DNA of 64,000 nt from Oopsacas minuta. Taxonomy: Eukaryota > Animalia > Porifera. The DNA lies in the NCBI GenBank assembly GCA_024704765.1, contig JAKMXF010000302.1:248001-312000 (forward strand), in the 5' to 3' direction. Positions 33,329-44,091 of the stretch are shown one piece after another. Each line of letters opens with the position of its first letter. The stretch's first letter is position 1. Made by a program: the position numbers and the translations under genes. Below the pieces are notes generated by a model. It did not search any database and was not told the DNA's origin. It saw nothing but the letters and a program-made list of their open reading frames with translations.

Positions 33329-33952
33329 TCATTCTTGCTTCCAACCACTTTCTTCAAAAAGATTGTCAATTTGGTCGAATCTTTTGCTGAGTTCACTTAT
33401 GTTTCGCGAAATTTTAAACCATTCGCTTTCCAAGTCATTTGAAACAGGGCGTTTTTTGTCACTTACTGGGCTCATATTCTCCCTACATAACTTCTGGAAA
33501 TCTCCTAGAGTGATGAGAGCAATATTCTCAGCTTTTGTTATGAGTGTTCGCAAAATGCTATCTATCGGGGGAGGGGGTGACTCCTGTAGAAGATACATAC
33601 CTCTGCTACTAATGGTTACCAGGCTAGAACGTGTATTTTGTATGTAGCGCAAGAAATATTCTCCATTTCTGTTCTGGCATAAGTGGGGAGGACGAATATT
33701 TGGGCTAGGTGGAGAGTACTGGTCAATGGGAAGGGCTAGGTTAACAACAGGTGGGGCACTTCGGAATGTATTGGTTTGAGGAAGTAGTAGCAGATGAGCT
33801 GGTATCTTATAAGCTTCAGTTTCCTCGTCAATGGACGGTGAATCAATGGAAACATATTCAGTAGAATCCGAATCAGATTCAAAGAAAGAAGCAAGATAGC
33901 TTGTTCCTTTATCAAACAGACTTTTACCTTCTGTGGAAGAAAACAAGGCCAT
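33329..33952 (-). CDS. Unknown Ser/Pro-rich protein with a C-terminal coiled coil (~207 aa)
   Basis: Stop-free ORF with a CAG acceptor 8 nt upstream of the ATG. No motif recognised. Confidence 0.55.
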   Translation of the reverse strand: MALFSSTEGKSLFDKGTSYLASFFESDSDSTEYVSIDSPSIDEETEAYKIPAHLLLLPQTNTFRSAPPVVNLALPIDQYSPPSPNIRPPHLCQNRNGEYFLRYIQNTRSSLVTISSRGMYLLQESPPPPIDSILRTLITKAENIALITLGDFQKLCRENMSPVSDKKRPVSNDLESEWFKISRNISELSKRFDQIDNLFEESGWKQE

Positions 33953-34594
33953 TAAATACACTGCTATAGATTCTTCTAATTACAGCTAATTAGCACAAAG
34001 CAATTCTTTACTGAAATGAGCTAAACATTATAAATTTTACTCAAATATCGGTGAGGCCCAACAGAAATTGTATGACAAATGGCATACCTGCTTTTCTATC
34101 CAAAAAACAGCTGAAAAGTTAATAATTTATCCATGAATAATCAATACACAATCAGTAATCTGCTAACATATACACAAAGAGCATCACATATATAAATAGA
34201 AATAGTACCTAATAAAGACAAAGTAGATATAATTGGTATCTAGCCCTAGCGAATAGAAATAGCATTACGATATTTACACAAATTCTAACTCGTACTGTAC
34301 TGCGAGAGATTAGAGAGGGATTAATTGTCTGGTTGGGAGAGGGCATCTAACAATGAAACAAATATATAAAGTAGAGTAATTAAAGATCCTCAAATGCTAA
34401 TAATAATAATACACGTTTCATTATCATAAAATAGTAGTCAATGTAGTCCGTTTCGAAAGGTTAATTATTCGTAAAAAGTTTGTCAGATTGTCCACAAGGC
34501 ATAATTTATCCTTATGCTATATTTGTATAACATTACTATAGAAAATATAATTATTTTATGCACTTGACTACTTTTAAAAGATAAAGCATTCTAA

Positions 34595-35959
34595 TTAACT
34601 ACCTGAAATATCCCTAGGTCCATGCAACCTCTGTCTTCTATAATTCTCATAATGTACTTTATCTGTAGTCTCTTTAAGATCAAGCATCCTGCTCTTAATA
34701 AGCATATTACGTAGGTTAACAAACTCACAATGAGCAGGGTTTTCAACCTCGATAACTCCCCATTTAGTCTTACGAGCTAAAATCTTCTTACCGTTAACCT
34801 AAGGAAATTAATGATTACATAGACAATTTTATTCAAAAGTACATCATATACCTGATGCAGTTGATCACTCCCGATAATAGCAAATGGTAGAAACTTGTCA
34901 ATAGCAGCATTAGCAACCATTTCATCTTCCTCATCTGTCTCATAACCAGAGGGATATATCCTGATTTTGTGATGAGTTATATCATCTCTTATCCTCTGTT
35001 TAAAAGCATGTCTCTCTTCAATTGTCAAAGTGTCACTCTTCGCAATGACTGGCACGATATTGACGTGTTTGTCAAGTTTCTTCATAAACTCAATATCAAG
35101 AGGTCTTAGACAATGTCCAGTAGGAGGAATGAAGTACATACAGCAGTGAATTCGTGTATCTGGGATGTATTTCTTGCGATTGATACTAACCTAATTTAGA
35201 AATATATCATATAACACCCTATAAAGTTTTAAATATCTATAACTAACTTCTTCATTGAGATAAGCTTCGAATTGTTTATTGACGTACTCTAATATAGGTT
35301 CCCAACTCTTCAAATTATTGATCTGATCACCAAACCCTGGAGTGTCAGTGATGGATAATTTCAGATTAACAGATTTCTCTTCTATTACGTGACAGACTGA
35401 ATTTATCTTCACAGTAGGTGGAAGAGGTTCCGGATGTTGGATACAACTCTGTCGACTGACTGTACCTCTAAACAGGGTATTAATCATAGTACTTTTGCCA
35501 AGCCCGCTCTCTCCTACTACCATTAAGTTGAATTCAAATCCTCTCTTCAAGGCCTTTTCCTTCAATTGATCTTGAATGCTATCAAACCCGACAAATGCCT
35601 AAATAATTACATAATAATAATAATATATGGGTAAAATAATTATTGTTTATATTTAGACTAACTTGTAACTTGCTCTTCAATCCTCCCCATCTGGTGGTAG
35701 AAGACATGTGCTCACGCATAATCTTAGTGAAATCACCAAATGTTATGTAGCCCTCAGTAGCACATCCCTCTCCTTTCAGTCTGATAGCCTGTAGCTCAGA
35801 ACTTCTAATCTCGTTACCCAGAATCTCCTGAGTAACTTTAGCTAGATCTTCTAACTCGATAACTCCATTTTCGTCTGGGTCGAACTTATGAAATGTCTTC
35901 GCGAGAAATTCGCACTGCTGTTGGGAGAGAATAAACTGTTGATCAAATTCTTCTGACAT
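34595..35959 (-). CDS. EF-hand-septin fusion (SEPT3/9-group-like), 4 exons (35959-35663, 35598-35248, 35190-34852, 34798-34595)
   Basis: Exon 1 contains EF loop DPDENGVIELED. Exons 2-4: FVGFDSI, FEFNLMVVGESGLGKST, DTPGFGD, YFIPPTGH, IAKSD, PFAIIGS, KWGVIEVEN..HCEF, HYENYR. All three introns are phase-0 GT-AG and 53-64 nt. Confidence 0.88.
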
Positions 35960-36647
35960 TTTTGCTATTTTAAAATCAGAATTAACTTGGTTAATATTTG
36001 TATACCAATCCAGCTATAAGTCTAATATCATTATCTTAGGTTCCACTGTACATACGTAGTTATGAATCACATAATAGTTGTAGAAATAATTCTCAAATTA
36101 ATTCGAAACCTGTAATACCAATTGAATAGATTAATAAATACACCATCAAACCATACATTCTACTGTTCACATGAGCCTACCTTTGATAACTAAACATAAT
36201 AGAAAAGGAATATATTACTGATACAGGTTGGAGGACAATGTAACCTACGCTAATAGTGCGGTTTGTCTGAATGGCAGATTATCATTGTGGTGGAGATACA
36301 AATTGATAACGAAATAATATGGTCAAGAGTTTTGAATTACTAGACAGCCAGATAATTATCTTAAGAATTGGAATGACCCTATGAATTCCTCAAAAATATG
36401 TTAAGCACATACGTGTTTTAATAACAACAATATAACAAATGGTAGAAAATAGAAAAAAATTAACTGATTTATTCCGAAGATATTAGCTAAGCACACCGTT
36501 TTAACCTAGTAAGAATTACATACACTGGAATACAGTTACTGAGAGACCTAACCTAGTAGACTAAGTATGTGCCTAAACCACAAAATAAATAGCATAACAA
36601 ATATTTAACCTTTAAGGAGATACCATAATATACGTATTGACACTGGG

Positions 36648-39600
36648 TCAAAAAAACCCAGGCTGTCCAGGCCAAGAAGGAACAATGTTCCCACCCATAT
36701 CTGGCCCAGCATATGCGTTATTGTCCTGCACACGATGTCCTGTGCCACCAATTTTAGCACCACACTCATTGCACTTAGCTTCAACCACTGCGCCCCCACA
36801 ATCTCCAATTCCATAGAGATGTCCGTTCGGACAGCGATACCATCCACTCCTGTTTACGTCTACTGCTAGCGCTATCTGTACACGTTCTTGTTGAGATAAA
36901 GGAGCGAATTTGTATTTGGCAGTTACATTAGCTAGGAACAGCTCACAATCATGGATTAGGTTAATACCAACATTTTGTAACAGACTACTCAAAAATTGTC
37001 TGTGTAGTGATTCGAAAACTCTACGGTCATCTTGATCACTGACAGTTGGAAGTATTGCAGCAAATAAACTGCTAAGCACACATCTTCTCGATAAACTCTG
37101 TAAATCTTTTATAATTGAGAAATCTTGGCGTGTATATTTTGTATTACTTAATAAGGCATCGATTTTATTGGTGGAGGTAAAAGCCCTGTGAGCATGACAT
37201 GTTTTCCAGATGTGATCTGGGGTCTGGTAGAGGTCTGAAAATATTTTCAAGAGATCGAATATAACGTAGAGTTTCCTATGGTCACATTGTGAGACTATAG
37301 CGATACATTTAAGTATATTTTGTATTATCTCTGATTGTGCTGGATTGAAGGGAGTGTTATTCGTCTGCATTTTGTGAAGTATTTCATTACTAGATGATCT
37401 AATGTTATTCCTCATTTCATCGATGATCTTAAGCTTAACATCTTCTAGGTCATTTAGTGCCTTTTTAACAATCTCTCCATAACGCAGATTCTTACGAATA
37501 GGGACTTTACACTTGGGGCAAAAAGGTAACTGTATTTTACCAGGATTGTTCTCCCTACCGCCCAACTGTACATCCATCCATTGATCGAATCCTGTAACCT
37601 CATAAATATGACCGCAATCCTCTAACATCAAGAAACGTGCATCGTCCTCATCTTCTGTTCCAAAGAAGATATCAAAGTTTTCATCATCTGGTTTACAAAA
37701 TTTGCAAAGATTAGGACAAGGTTCACCACATAGCCCCCTACACCTGTGTCCACACGGCAGCCTCTCTCTACAATCATAATTACATCTGTCCTTATTACAG
37801 GGTTCATTGCAAACACGTGCACATCTACCATGTCTACACTCCCAAATACAACGCTCAATGCATGGTACACACTTCTCTCCACATGCAAATCCGCATTGTG
37901 TATGAGGACACTTGTTAATACACTCTTCCTTACAAGGAGAACATATTCTTGGTTTATGACATTTATCCTGACATGGGTGACCACAGATTAACGGATTATC
38001 ACACCTACGATTACAAGGCTTATGCTTCTTGCCATGAAGACACTCACTACAAGTACCTGTACAAATATCTCCACACTCAAGCTCTTGACCACATCTAGCT
38101 GTACAATGAACTAGCAATAAATTAGTAGACTGGTAGCAAGGTAGGATATGATCATGACCACAATACAACTTTACTGTAACTTTCTGAGTACAGAGGGCTT
38201 TCATACAGTCCTCTCCACATAAGGAGGGACATGGGTGAGAACAGGGGAGTCGCAGCTGACAGGGACGTTTACACTGACTGTGCTCCGGCCGTCTAGAACA
38301 AGGCATTACTTGTTCATGGAAACAGAACTCTATCTCCTTCTGTACTGGGTAGAGACATTCAGTGCATTCCTCATAACACTTTCGTATATATCCATTAATA
38401 TCAACACATGGATGTTTGCACGGCTGGTGAATACGTACACATTCCTTTCGACATTTTACTTCGTCATGCCCATCAGGATGACACTGCTGTGGACATTGAT
38501 GACCGCAATCGAGACGTTTATCGCAAGGGAGCTCACAGCCACCATTCTGAACCAGTTGGAAATCTTTTGGGTTCTGAACTTCTGTAATAGTACTGGGATG
38601 GTTTTGACAGGATAAGGGCAATTTGACTCCAATATTCCCTTTAGCACTGAAAATATCTAAAACTTTATTCCAAAGATTCGTATCACTACGAGCTTTGGAT
38701 AAGCATTGTGCATTCCCTATAATAAAGAATCCATGTTTAGCTCTAGAGAGAGCTACACAGACACGGTTATCAACTCTACAATAGCCAATGTTATTCTCAT
38801 TATTACTCCGTACGACTGAGAATATAATAATAGTGTTCTCCTCCCCCTGATACTTATCCACTGTAGTACAACGAACTCCACCTTTGACACCAGCCTGTTT
38901 AAGTGAGTCTAATATTTTAAATTTCTGTCCCATATAGAAAGTAAGAATGGTGATATCTTTACCATCGTAACCTTGTTTTAGGAGATATCTAGTGAAATGT
39001 GCTACAAACATGGCCTCATGCTTATTCGTCCTACTCATGCTATCTTGTTGAAGATGGTCCTCAGCATTGTTATGATGTATAAAGTAAATATTATTTTTCA
39101 CGCCTCTAACGGGTGGATAATCATGAACAGCTGGAAAGTCCTCTAATCCAGGATAAATAGGTTTAATTAGTGCAGATATTTCAGGTCTCATTCTATGTTG
39201 AGTATTTAGAGTTACGTGATCGACACCTCTGGTCACTAGTCTCTCGAAAAGTGATATTTCTAATTTGTATCGCTTAGACAGTTCGTGTACAGCGTTGCTC
39301 GGACGGAGCTGCTGGTGATCTCCTATTAGGATCAAATGTTCAACTTGTTGTGATAAACAAGCCAAGATATGAGCTTCAAGAACTTCAGCCGCTTCTTCAA
39401 CGAAGATTATCCTGGGATGGAGCTGAGTTAGAAGCTCTGAATTCCTAGCGGCTCCAGTTGTTGTCATGCCAACAATCGCAGCTTGTCTCAACACAAAAAC
39501 ATCAAGTTGTCTCTGCTTCTGTTGCAGCTCTTTTGAGATATTCATATACTCTGTACTGATCCCAATTAGAATTTGATTATATTCTCGTTTCTTCTGATCT

Positions 39601-42600
39601 AGCAAATAATCATAAAGCACGTTTCGCTGTTGAAGGTTCAGATCCCATAGATTATTATGTTGTAGTATATTCTCAGGTAAATTCGGCGTAGCTATATTAT
39701 TATCCTCTGCGTAATACAACATTCTAGCTTCCTCAATAGACATACCGCTGAACTCTCTTAATTCTTCATAAAAAGTTTGAAACGGTGCATCTACTGCGTC
39801 ATCATCATCACTGTCATGATGGAGGTAATCGTCTTCTGATTCAAAGTCGAAAGGGTTCTGTTCATATAAATTAGGTTCCCTAGATGTTTCAGACATAATG
39901 TCGATAAAATCCATAGATGAAGCTATGGATATTGGCGAGTCAGATCTTGGCATGGCTTGAGATCGAGCGGGGAAATTGTATGCTGGAAAATTATCAAAAT
40001 TAGTTAGATTCTGAGCTGGGGGTGGATTTGGTTGTTGAGTAATTATGTTTGAGAGTTTGCCATAAGGCTGTTGAGAATAGTTCATAGCAAATGGATTGTC
40101 TCTTTGTTGTGGAATAAGTGGTGTACGTTGTGTTGGTGGTGGAAGTGGTAAAGGGATAGTCTCAGCTTGATGCTGTTCTGGTATGAGATCTAGATCTTTC
40201 AAAGCCTTTTCTTGTTTTTCATATCTATTCAGTTCAATCTCATCTTCATCAGAATCATCAGCACCTTGTAACATATCAAACTTATTGGCTGTTGGTAATT
40301 GATTTCTTTTATTTCTGTTCTTACCCTTTCCCTTTTTACCATGCTGAGGTTCTGCAAGTTGTACTTGCTTGGGGGTATTCAGTGCATTAGGATTTACAGA
40401 TCGTCCTAGCCACTGTTCAATTATAGATTTCTTGTTCTTATTCACTTTTTCAAAACCGTCATCATTAGTACCAAATAATGACCGATATTGGCACTCATTT
40501 AAATGTTTATCAAAATCTTCCTTGGTTAGGCAATTACTGCCAAGTTGTTTTGATGCGTCTTTTATTACTCCTTGTTTACTTTTCAATTCTCTCTGCAGAT
40601 CAAACGTGTTATATCTCAGTTGTCGTATTTGATGCGGCACATTAGATTTATCCTCGAAAATTTTCTTTGAAGCTTTTGGTAGAGTTTTTTCGTTAAGTTC
40701 CTCCCGATCAATTCTAGTCCCTATCCTAATTATATTCTCCTCATAACTCAAGATATACTCGAGAAATTGATCGAGAGCATGGTTCGTGTAGGTAACGATT
40801 AAGATAGGATATTGACATAAACTCCAGTAGAGAGGTTTGTCAATATCTTGGAACTGAGTTTCCATAAGAAATTTCCTATAGTCTAATTCCTCATCGATTA
40901 ATTGTACATGATTGGGTCCAGACTTAAGCAAGTGTTGTCTGGTAGATAACAAAACTTGCAACGCATTTGCACCTACATAGGTTTTACCAGTTCCTGGGGG
41001 GCCTTGAATTAAAGCTATCTCTTTGGTTAATATGAGTTTCAAAGCTTCGAATTGGCTCGGATCAAGCTTGTCTGAATAATGAGGCCAACGCTTGAGTACA
41101 CAAACAGCTGGAGTAGCAGGATAAATGTTTGGAAACTGATAAACAGTATTAGGATTCAAGTAGCAGGGAGATTTACATATCGTTGTGTTGCCAAGGATGA
41201 GCTCTTTCAATGGAATAGTCTCAGGAGTCATGTTCTGTATCACAGATAGTGTATGGTAGTATGCTTCGTAGTAAACCTGCCGAGATTCTATTATAAAATA
41301 ATTCTCGTTAAAATCAAAATCAGGTTGGAAGCCGTTTTTGAATTTTATTGAAATCTGCAAACGCTCAGTCAACACTTTCTCGTCTCTATGAGCTACGACT
41401 GCCCATAGCGGCCTCTCGAATGAAGGTTTGTCATCAGCTCCGTAAGTCAGAACACATAATAGAGTACCGAATTTAAGTCTCTGTACACGGTCCCACTTTA
41501 TTTTAGAGGGATCATTTACATTGCAAACTTTGAAGGTTATTCGATAAAGTAATCCTTGTTTTTGATCACAATCCATATCAACTATTCGTACGTGTTCATA
41601 CATGAAGAGTTCCTTTCTTACGTTCTTCTTTTGATCTGTGAGGAAATTCTGAATTCCTTGTCTTAACGGACGGATCATATCTTCTCGCAGGAGTTTGAAA
41701 TGTATATCAAGGTATAGTTCTGCAGTAGGATAGCTTCCCTTTGTTAACAGAGCTCTCAGTTTAGCGTGATTAGGATCTGTAATTTCAGATTTAGAAGGTA
41801 GTATTTCCATTTGTGTGTAGGGACAACCGTAATCTGCCTCCTCATCCTCAAATTGTTGATTTTGAGCTTTCTTCTTCTTGTTTTCGGATTTCTTATCACG
41901 TATGTCTTTACACCAGGTGTATAGATTCGTTATTTCGTAATCTAATTCATTAGGTATGGCTACCACATTTCCACTCTTTCCTTGAAAAAGAGTACGAATT
42001 ACAGGCCATAAGACATCCACTTCACTCTGTTGGGATATAGCAAGATGATTCAAGAGTTTGAATACATTCTTCAACCGAGCAAAATCTTTCTCTAAATAAC
42101 CCTGGTCCTTCGGTTCTCCAAACGAATCATAAATTTCGAAAATATAATTCGACATATTGTGGACTGACTTTATCAGATTGCTATCTAACACCTTTGCGAA
42201 AATATGGAGTGTGGTTTGCTGTTGAAAATGTGGAGGTGACAATAAATTGTCACATGTCAAAACTTCCAACAAACCTCGTATTACATCCTTATCGAGGTTA
42301 TGACAGTTTATTATAGATTCTAATGGTTCAGGAGCTTCTCGTATCATTTTACTAATATTACACTTATCTTCATCTCTCATCCATTTTCTACAATGTCCAA
42401 TGTATTTCCTTCTCTCTTCATCATTTTCCAGCTGTTTATTTTTCCAAAAGGGTCCTTTTTTTGCTCCCCGTTTGTTCCCATCTTGTCCAGCACCATCCCC
42501 TAAATCGTACGACTGTCTATGAGGATCTCTAGATCTTCCCTCTTCCCGCCATCCTCCCTGTCTCCCCCTAAATCTAGACTCTCTTGGTTCAGTGGTGTTA

Positions 42601-42818
42601 GGAGGAGCAAACTGGTTATGACTGCCATAAGGTTGATTGGATTGTTGGAACGCAGATTGGAAATTCTGGCCTGGATACGGTAGTGGTGCTTGTGCTCCAT
42701 GCACTGGGACTTGATTGTGGAATTCAGTACGTTGGTAGTAAGGATGCGGTTGTTGCAAGTTTCCGTATGTATTGTGAGCTGGAGGGGTTCTAGCATGTCC
42801 AAACGGGTTCTCAGCCAT
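36648..42818 (-). CDS. ZNFX1: ZNFX1-like helicase / RZ-finger E3, paralog B, 2056 aa, intronless
   Basis: YLDIHFKLLREDM, IQGPPGTGKT, VEEAAEVLEAH, IGDHQQLRP, QHRMRP, VDKYQGEE, many NF-X1 fingers, and a canonical RZ finger WYRCPNGHLYGIGDCGGAVVEAKCNECG. Confidence 0.95.
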   Translation of the reverse strand: MAENPFGHARTPPAHNTYGNLQQPHPYYQRTEFHNQVPVHGAQAPLPYPGQNFQSAFQQSNQPYGSHNQFAPPNTTEPRESRFRGRQGGWREEGRSRDPHRQSYDLGDGAGQDGNKRGAKKGPFWKNKQLENDEERRKYIGHCRKWMRDEDKCNISKMIREAPEPLESIINCHNLDKDVIRGLLEVLTCDNLLSPPHFQQQTTLHIFAKVLDSNLIKSVHNMSNYIFEIYDSFGEPKDQGYLEKDFARLKNVFKLLNHLAISQQSEVDVLWPVIRTLFQGKSGNVVAIPNELDYEITNLYTWCKDIRDKKSENKKKKAQNQQFEDEEADYGCPYTQMEILPSKSEITDPNHAKLRALLTKGSYPTAELYLDIHFKLLREDMIRPLRQGIQNFLTDQKKNVRKELFMYEHVRIVDMDCDQKQGLLYRITFKVCNVNDPSKIKWDRVQRLKFGTLLCVLTYGADDKPSFERPLWAVVAHRDEKVLTERLQISIKFKNGFQPDFDFNENYFIIESRQVYYEAYYHTLSVIQNMTPETIPLKELILGNTTICKSPCYLNPNTVYQFPNIYPATPAVCVLKRWPHYSDKLDPSQFEALKLILTKEIALIQGPPGTGKTYVGANALQVLLSTRQHLLKSGPNHVQLIDEELDYRKFLMETQFQDIDKPLYWSLCQYPILIVTYTNHALDQFLEYILSYEENIIRIGTRIDREELNEKTLPKASKKIFEDKSNVPHQIRQLRYNTFDLQRELKSKQGVIKDASKQLGSNCLTKEDFDKHLNECQYRSLFGTNDDGFEKVNKNKKSIIEQWLGRSVNPNALNTPKQVQLAEPQHGKKGKGKNRNKRNQLPTANKFDMLQGADDSDEDEIELNRYEKQEKALKDLDLIPEQHQAETIPLPLPPPTQRTPLIPQQRDNPFAMNYSQQPYGKLSNIITQQPNPPPAQNLTNFDNFPAYNFPARSQAMPRSDSPISIASSMDFIDIMSETSREPNLYEQNPFDFESEDDYLHHDSDDDDAVDAPFQTFYEELREFSGMSIEEARMLYYAEDNNIATPNLPENILQHNNLWDLNLQQRNVLYDYLLDQKKREYNQILIGISTEYMNISKELQQKQRQLDVFVLRQAAIVGMTTTGAARNSELLTQLHPRIIFVEEAAEVLEAHILACLSQQVEHLILIGDHQQLRPSNAVHELSKRYKLEISLFERLVTRGVDHVTLNTQHRMRPEISALIKPIYPGLEDFPAVHDYPPVRGVKNNIYFIHHNNAEDHLQQDSMSRTNKHEAMFVAHFTRYLLKQGYDGKDITILTFYMGQKFKILDSLKQAGVKGGVRCTTVDKYQGEENTIIIFSVVRSNNENNIGYCRVDNRVCVALSRAKHGFFIIGNAQCLSKARSDTNLWNKVLDIFSAKGNIGVKLPLSCQNHPSTITEVQNPKDFQLVQNGGCELPCDKRLDCGHQCPQQCHPDGHDEVKCRKECVRIHQPCKHPCVDINGYIRKCYEECTECLYPVQKEIEFCFHEQVMPCSRRPEHSQCKRPCQLRLPCSHPCPSLCGEDCMKALCTQKVTVKLYCGHDHILPCYQSTNLLLVHCTARCGQELECGDICTGTCSECLHGKKHKPCNRRCDNPLICGHPCQDKCHKPRICSPCKEECINKCPHTQCGFACGEKCVPCIERCIWECRHGRCARVCNEPCNKDRCNYDCRERLPCGHRCRGLCGEPCPNLCKFCKPDDENFDIFFGTEDEDDARFLMLEDCGHIYEVTGFDQWMDVQLGGRENNPGKIQLPFCPKCKVPIRKNLRYGEIVKKALNDLEDVKLKIIDEMRNNIRSSSNEILHKMQTNNTPFNPAQSEIIQNILKCIAIVSQCDHRKLYVIFDLLKIFSDLYQTPDHIWKTCHAHRAFTSTNKIDALLSNTKYTRQDFSIIKDLQSLSRRCVLSSLFAAILPTVSDQDDRRVFESLHRQFLSSLLQNVGINLIHDCELFLANVTAKYKFAPLSQQERVQIALAVDVNRSGWYRCPNGHLYGIGDCGGAVVEAKCNECGAKIGGTGHRVQDNNAYAGPDMGGNIVPSWPGQPGFF

Positions 42819-43122
42819 ACTATTTTATTATTGTAATAATTAGTTACACAAAGAAACACAAAAATAGAGACAAAGCATGTATATTTGTATTTATAATTTG
42901 TTATGAGGTGATGGGATGATGCAGTATATTGTTTTCTGAAAAATGTTGTTTGTCGATTATGTCATGGTAGCACGTGCGGGTTATTAAATCTTATCGCTTG
43001 TAACAGTTATATTATAATTACGTAAGTTTTTGCATAAGTAATAGTCTAAGTGAATGAGTTAAGTAATCCACATCGAGTAGAAAACAATTATTTTGTTGAA
43101 CATTCTAATTCATTGAAGGTTA

Positions 43123-43761
43123 TTATATGTTGATATCATCTGCGGAAACAACGGTTTTTATACTCTTTGAAAGTTCGATAGCTTTCCTGAGTTCGTTCTC
43201 AGGTAAGATATTTCTTTCCTTCAAAAGTAGTAACAGATTCATCCTAGAACTACCGATAAACTGAGAGCCTAAGAAAGCAGGCAATCCTAGTCCATTAGGC
43301 AGTGTATACAAAGGAACCCGTATCAAACCAAGCACTTCATTTCCATAGTCTTTCCCTTTAACGCATTTGCTCTCTATTTCTACGATTTTATCAAATTTTA
43401 TTTCTTTCGCGTAGAAATGCAAACACAAATTAAGCTCATCTGCATAATGAGTTATAACATAATCCTCTTGCGTAATATTTAAGCTGTCAGAAGGGATACC
43501 CAGTTCTTCAGAAGATTCTCTGTTTACAGCAATGAGAGGAGTTTCACCTTCATCCACGATACCCCCAGTGAATCCAAACGTTCCATCAAATCTAAGCTGG
43601 ACTAAGAGATGAGCGTACTTTGGATATTTTCCGAATTGTTTGGCATCTGTCCGTGCGTATAAAGCAGCATGAGCTGCATGTCTGAATCGAGGTTCAAGTT
43701 TCAGACTTTGAATCTGATCTATTTGTTTGTAAAGTGACTGCATCAGTAACTTAAAGCGCAT
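43123..43761 (-). CDS. NUDT16: NUDT16-family Nudix hydrolase (U8 snoRNA-decapping enzyme-like)
   Basis: RHAAHAALY, QLRFDGTFGFTGG, Nudix box GIVDEGETPLIAVNRESSEELG, HFYAKE, YGNEVLGLIRVPLYT. Confidence 0.9.
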   Translation of the reverse strand: MRFKLLMQSLYKQIDQIQSLKLEPRFRHAAHAALYARTDAKQFGKYPKYAHLLVQLRFDGTFGFTGGIVDEGETPLIAVNRESSEELGIPSDSLNITQEDYVITHYADELNLCLHFYAKEIKFDKIVEIESKCVKGKDYGNEVLGLIRVPLYTLPNGLGLPAFLGSQFIGSSRMNLLLLLKERNILPENELRKAIELSKSIKTVVSADDINI

Positions 43762-44091
43762 CTAACGTGCATTTATTTACCTATACAAAATTTCCAAAAT
43801 TTGTATTATTTCTTAAATGTTTTAAGTCACAGAGGCAGACAATATTCTAAGGAATCATTATGATAAGGCCTTGATTAAGAAATTCAGGACCCTAGGCTAA
43901 ATTCAAATGGTAGGTACTTTGAGCTGATTGATAATCGACCCATTTGGAACCATAGCGGCCTCAGCCCAGTTTGCATTTGCTTTAATCCGCCCAAGTGATT
44001 ATATAAGTATAACAGCACTCAGCTCTTAACATGAATAATGCAATACATACTAATAATTATTAACAAGCTTGAACTAGTGAAGTATATTGAC

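Noticed and set aside
24086-43761. Prokaryotic defence island, prophage or CRISPR array
   Set aside because: Spliceosomal introns and animal-type genes occur throughout, and I found no repeat-spacer array, integrase or phage genes.
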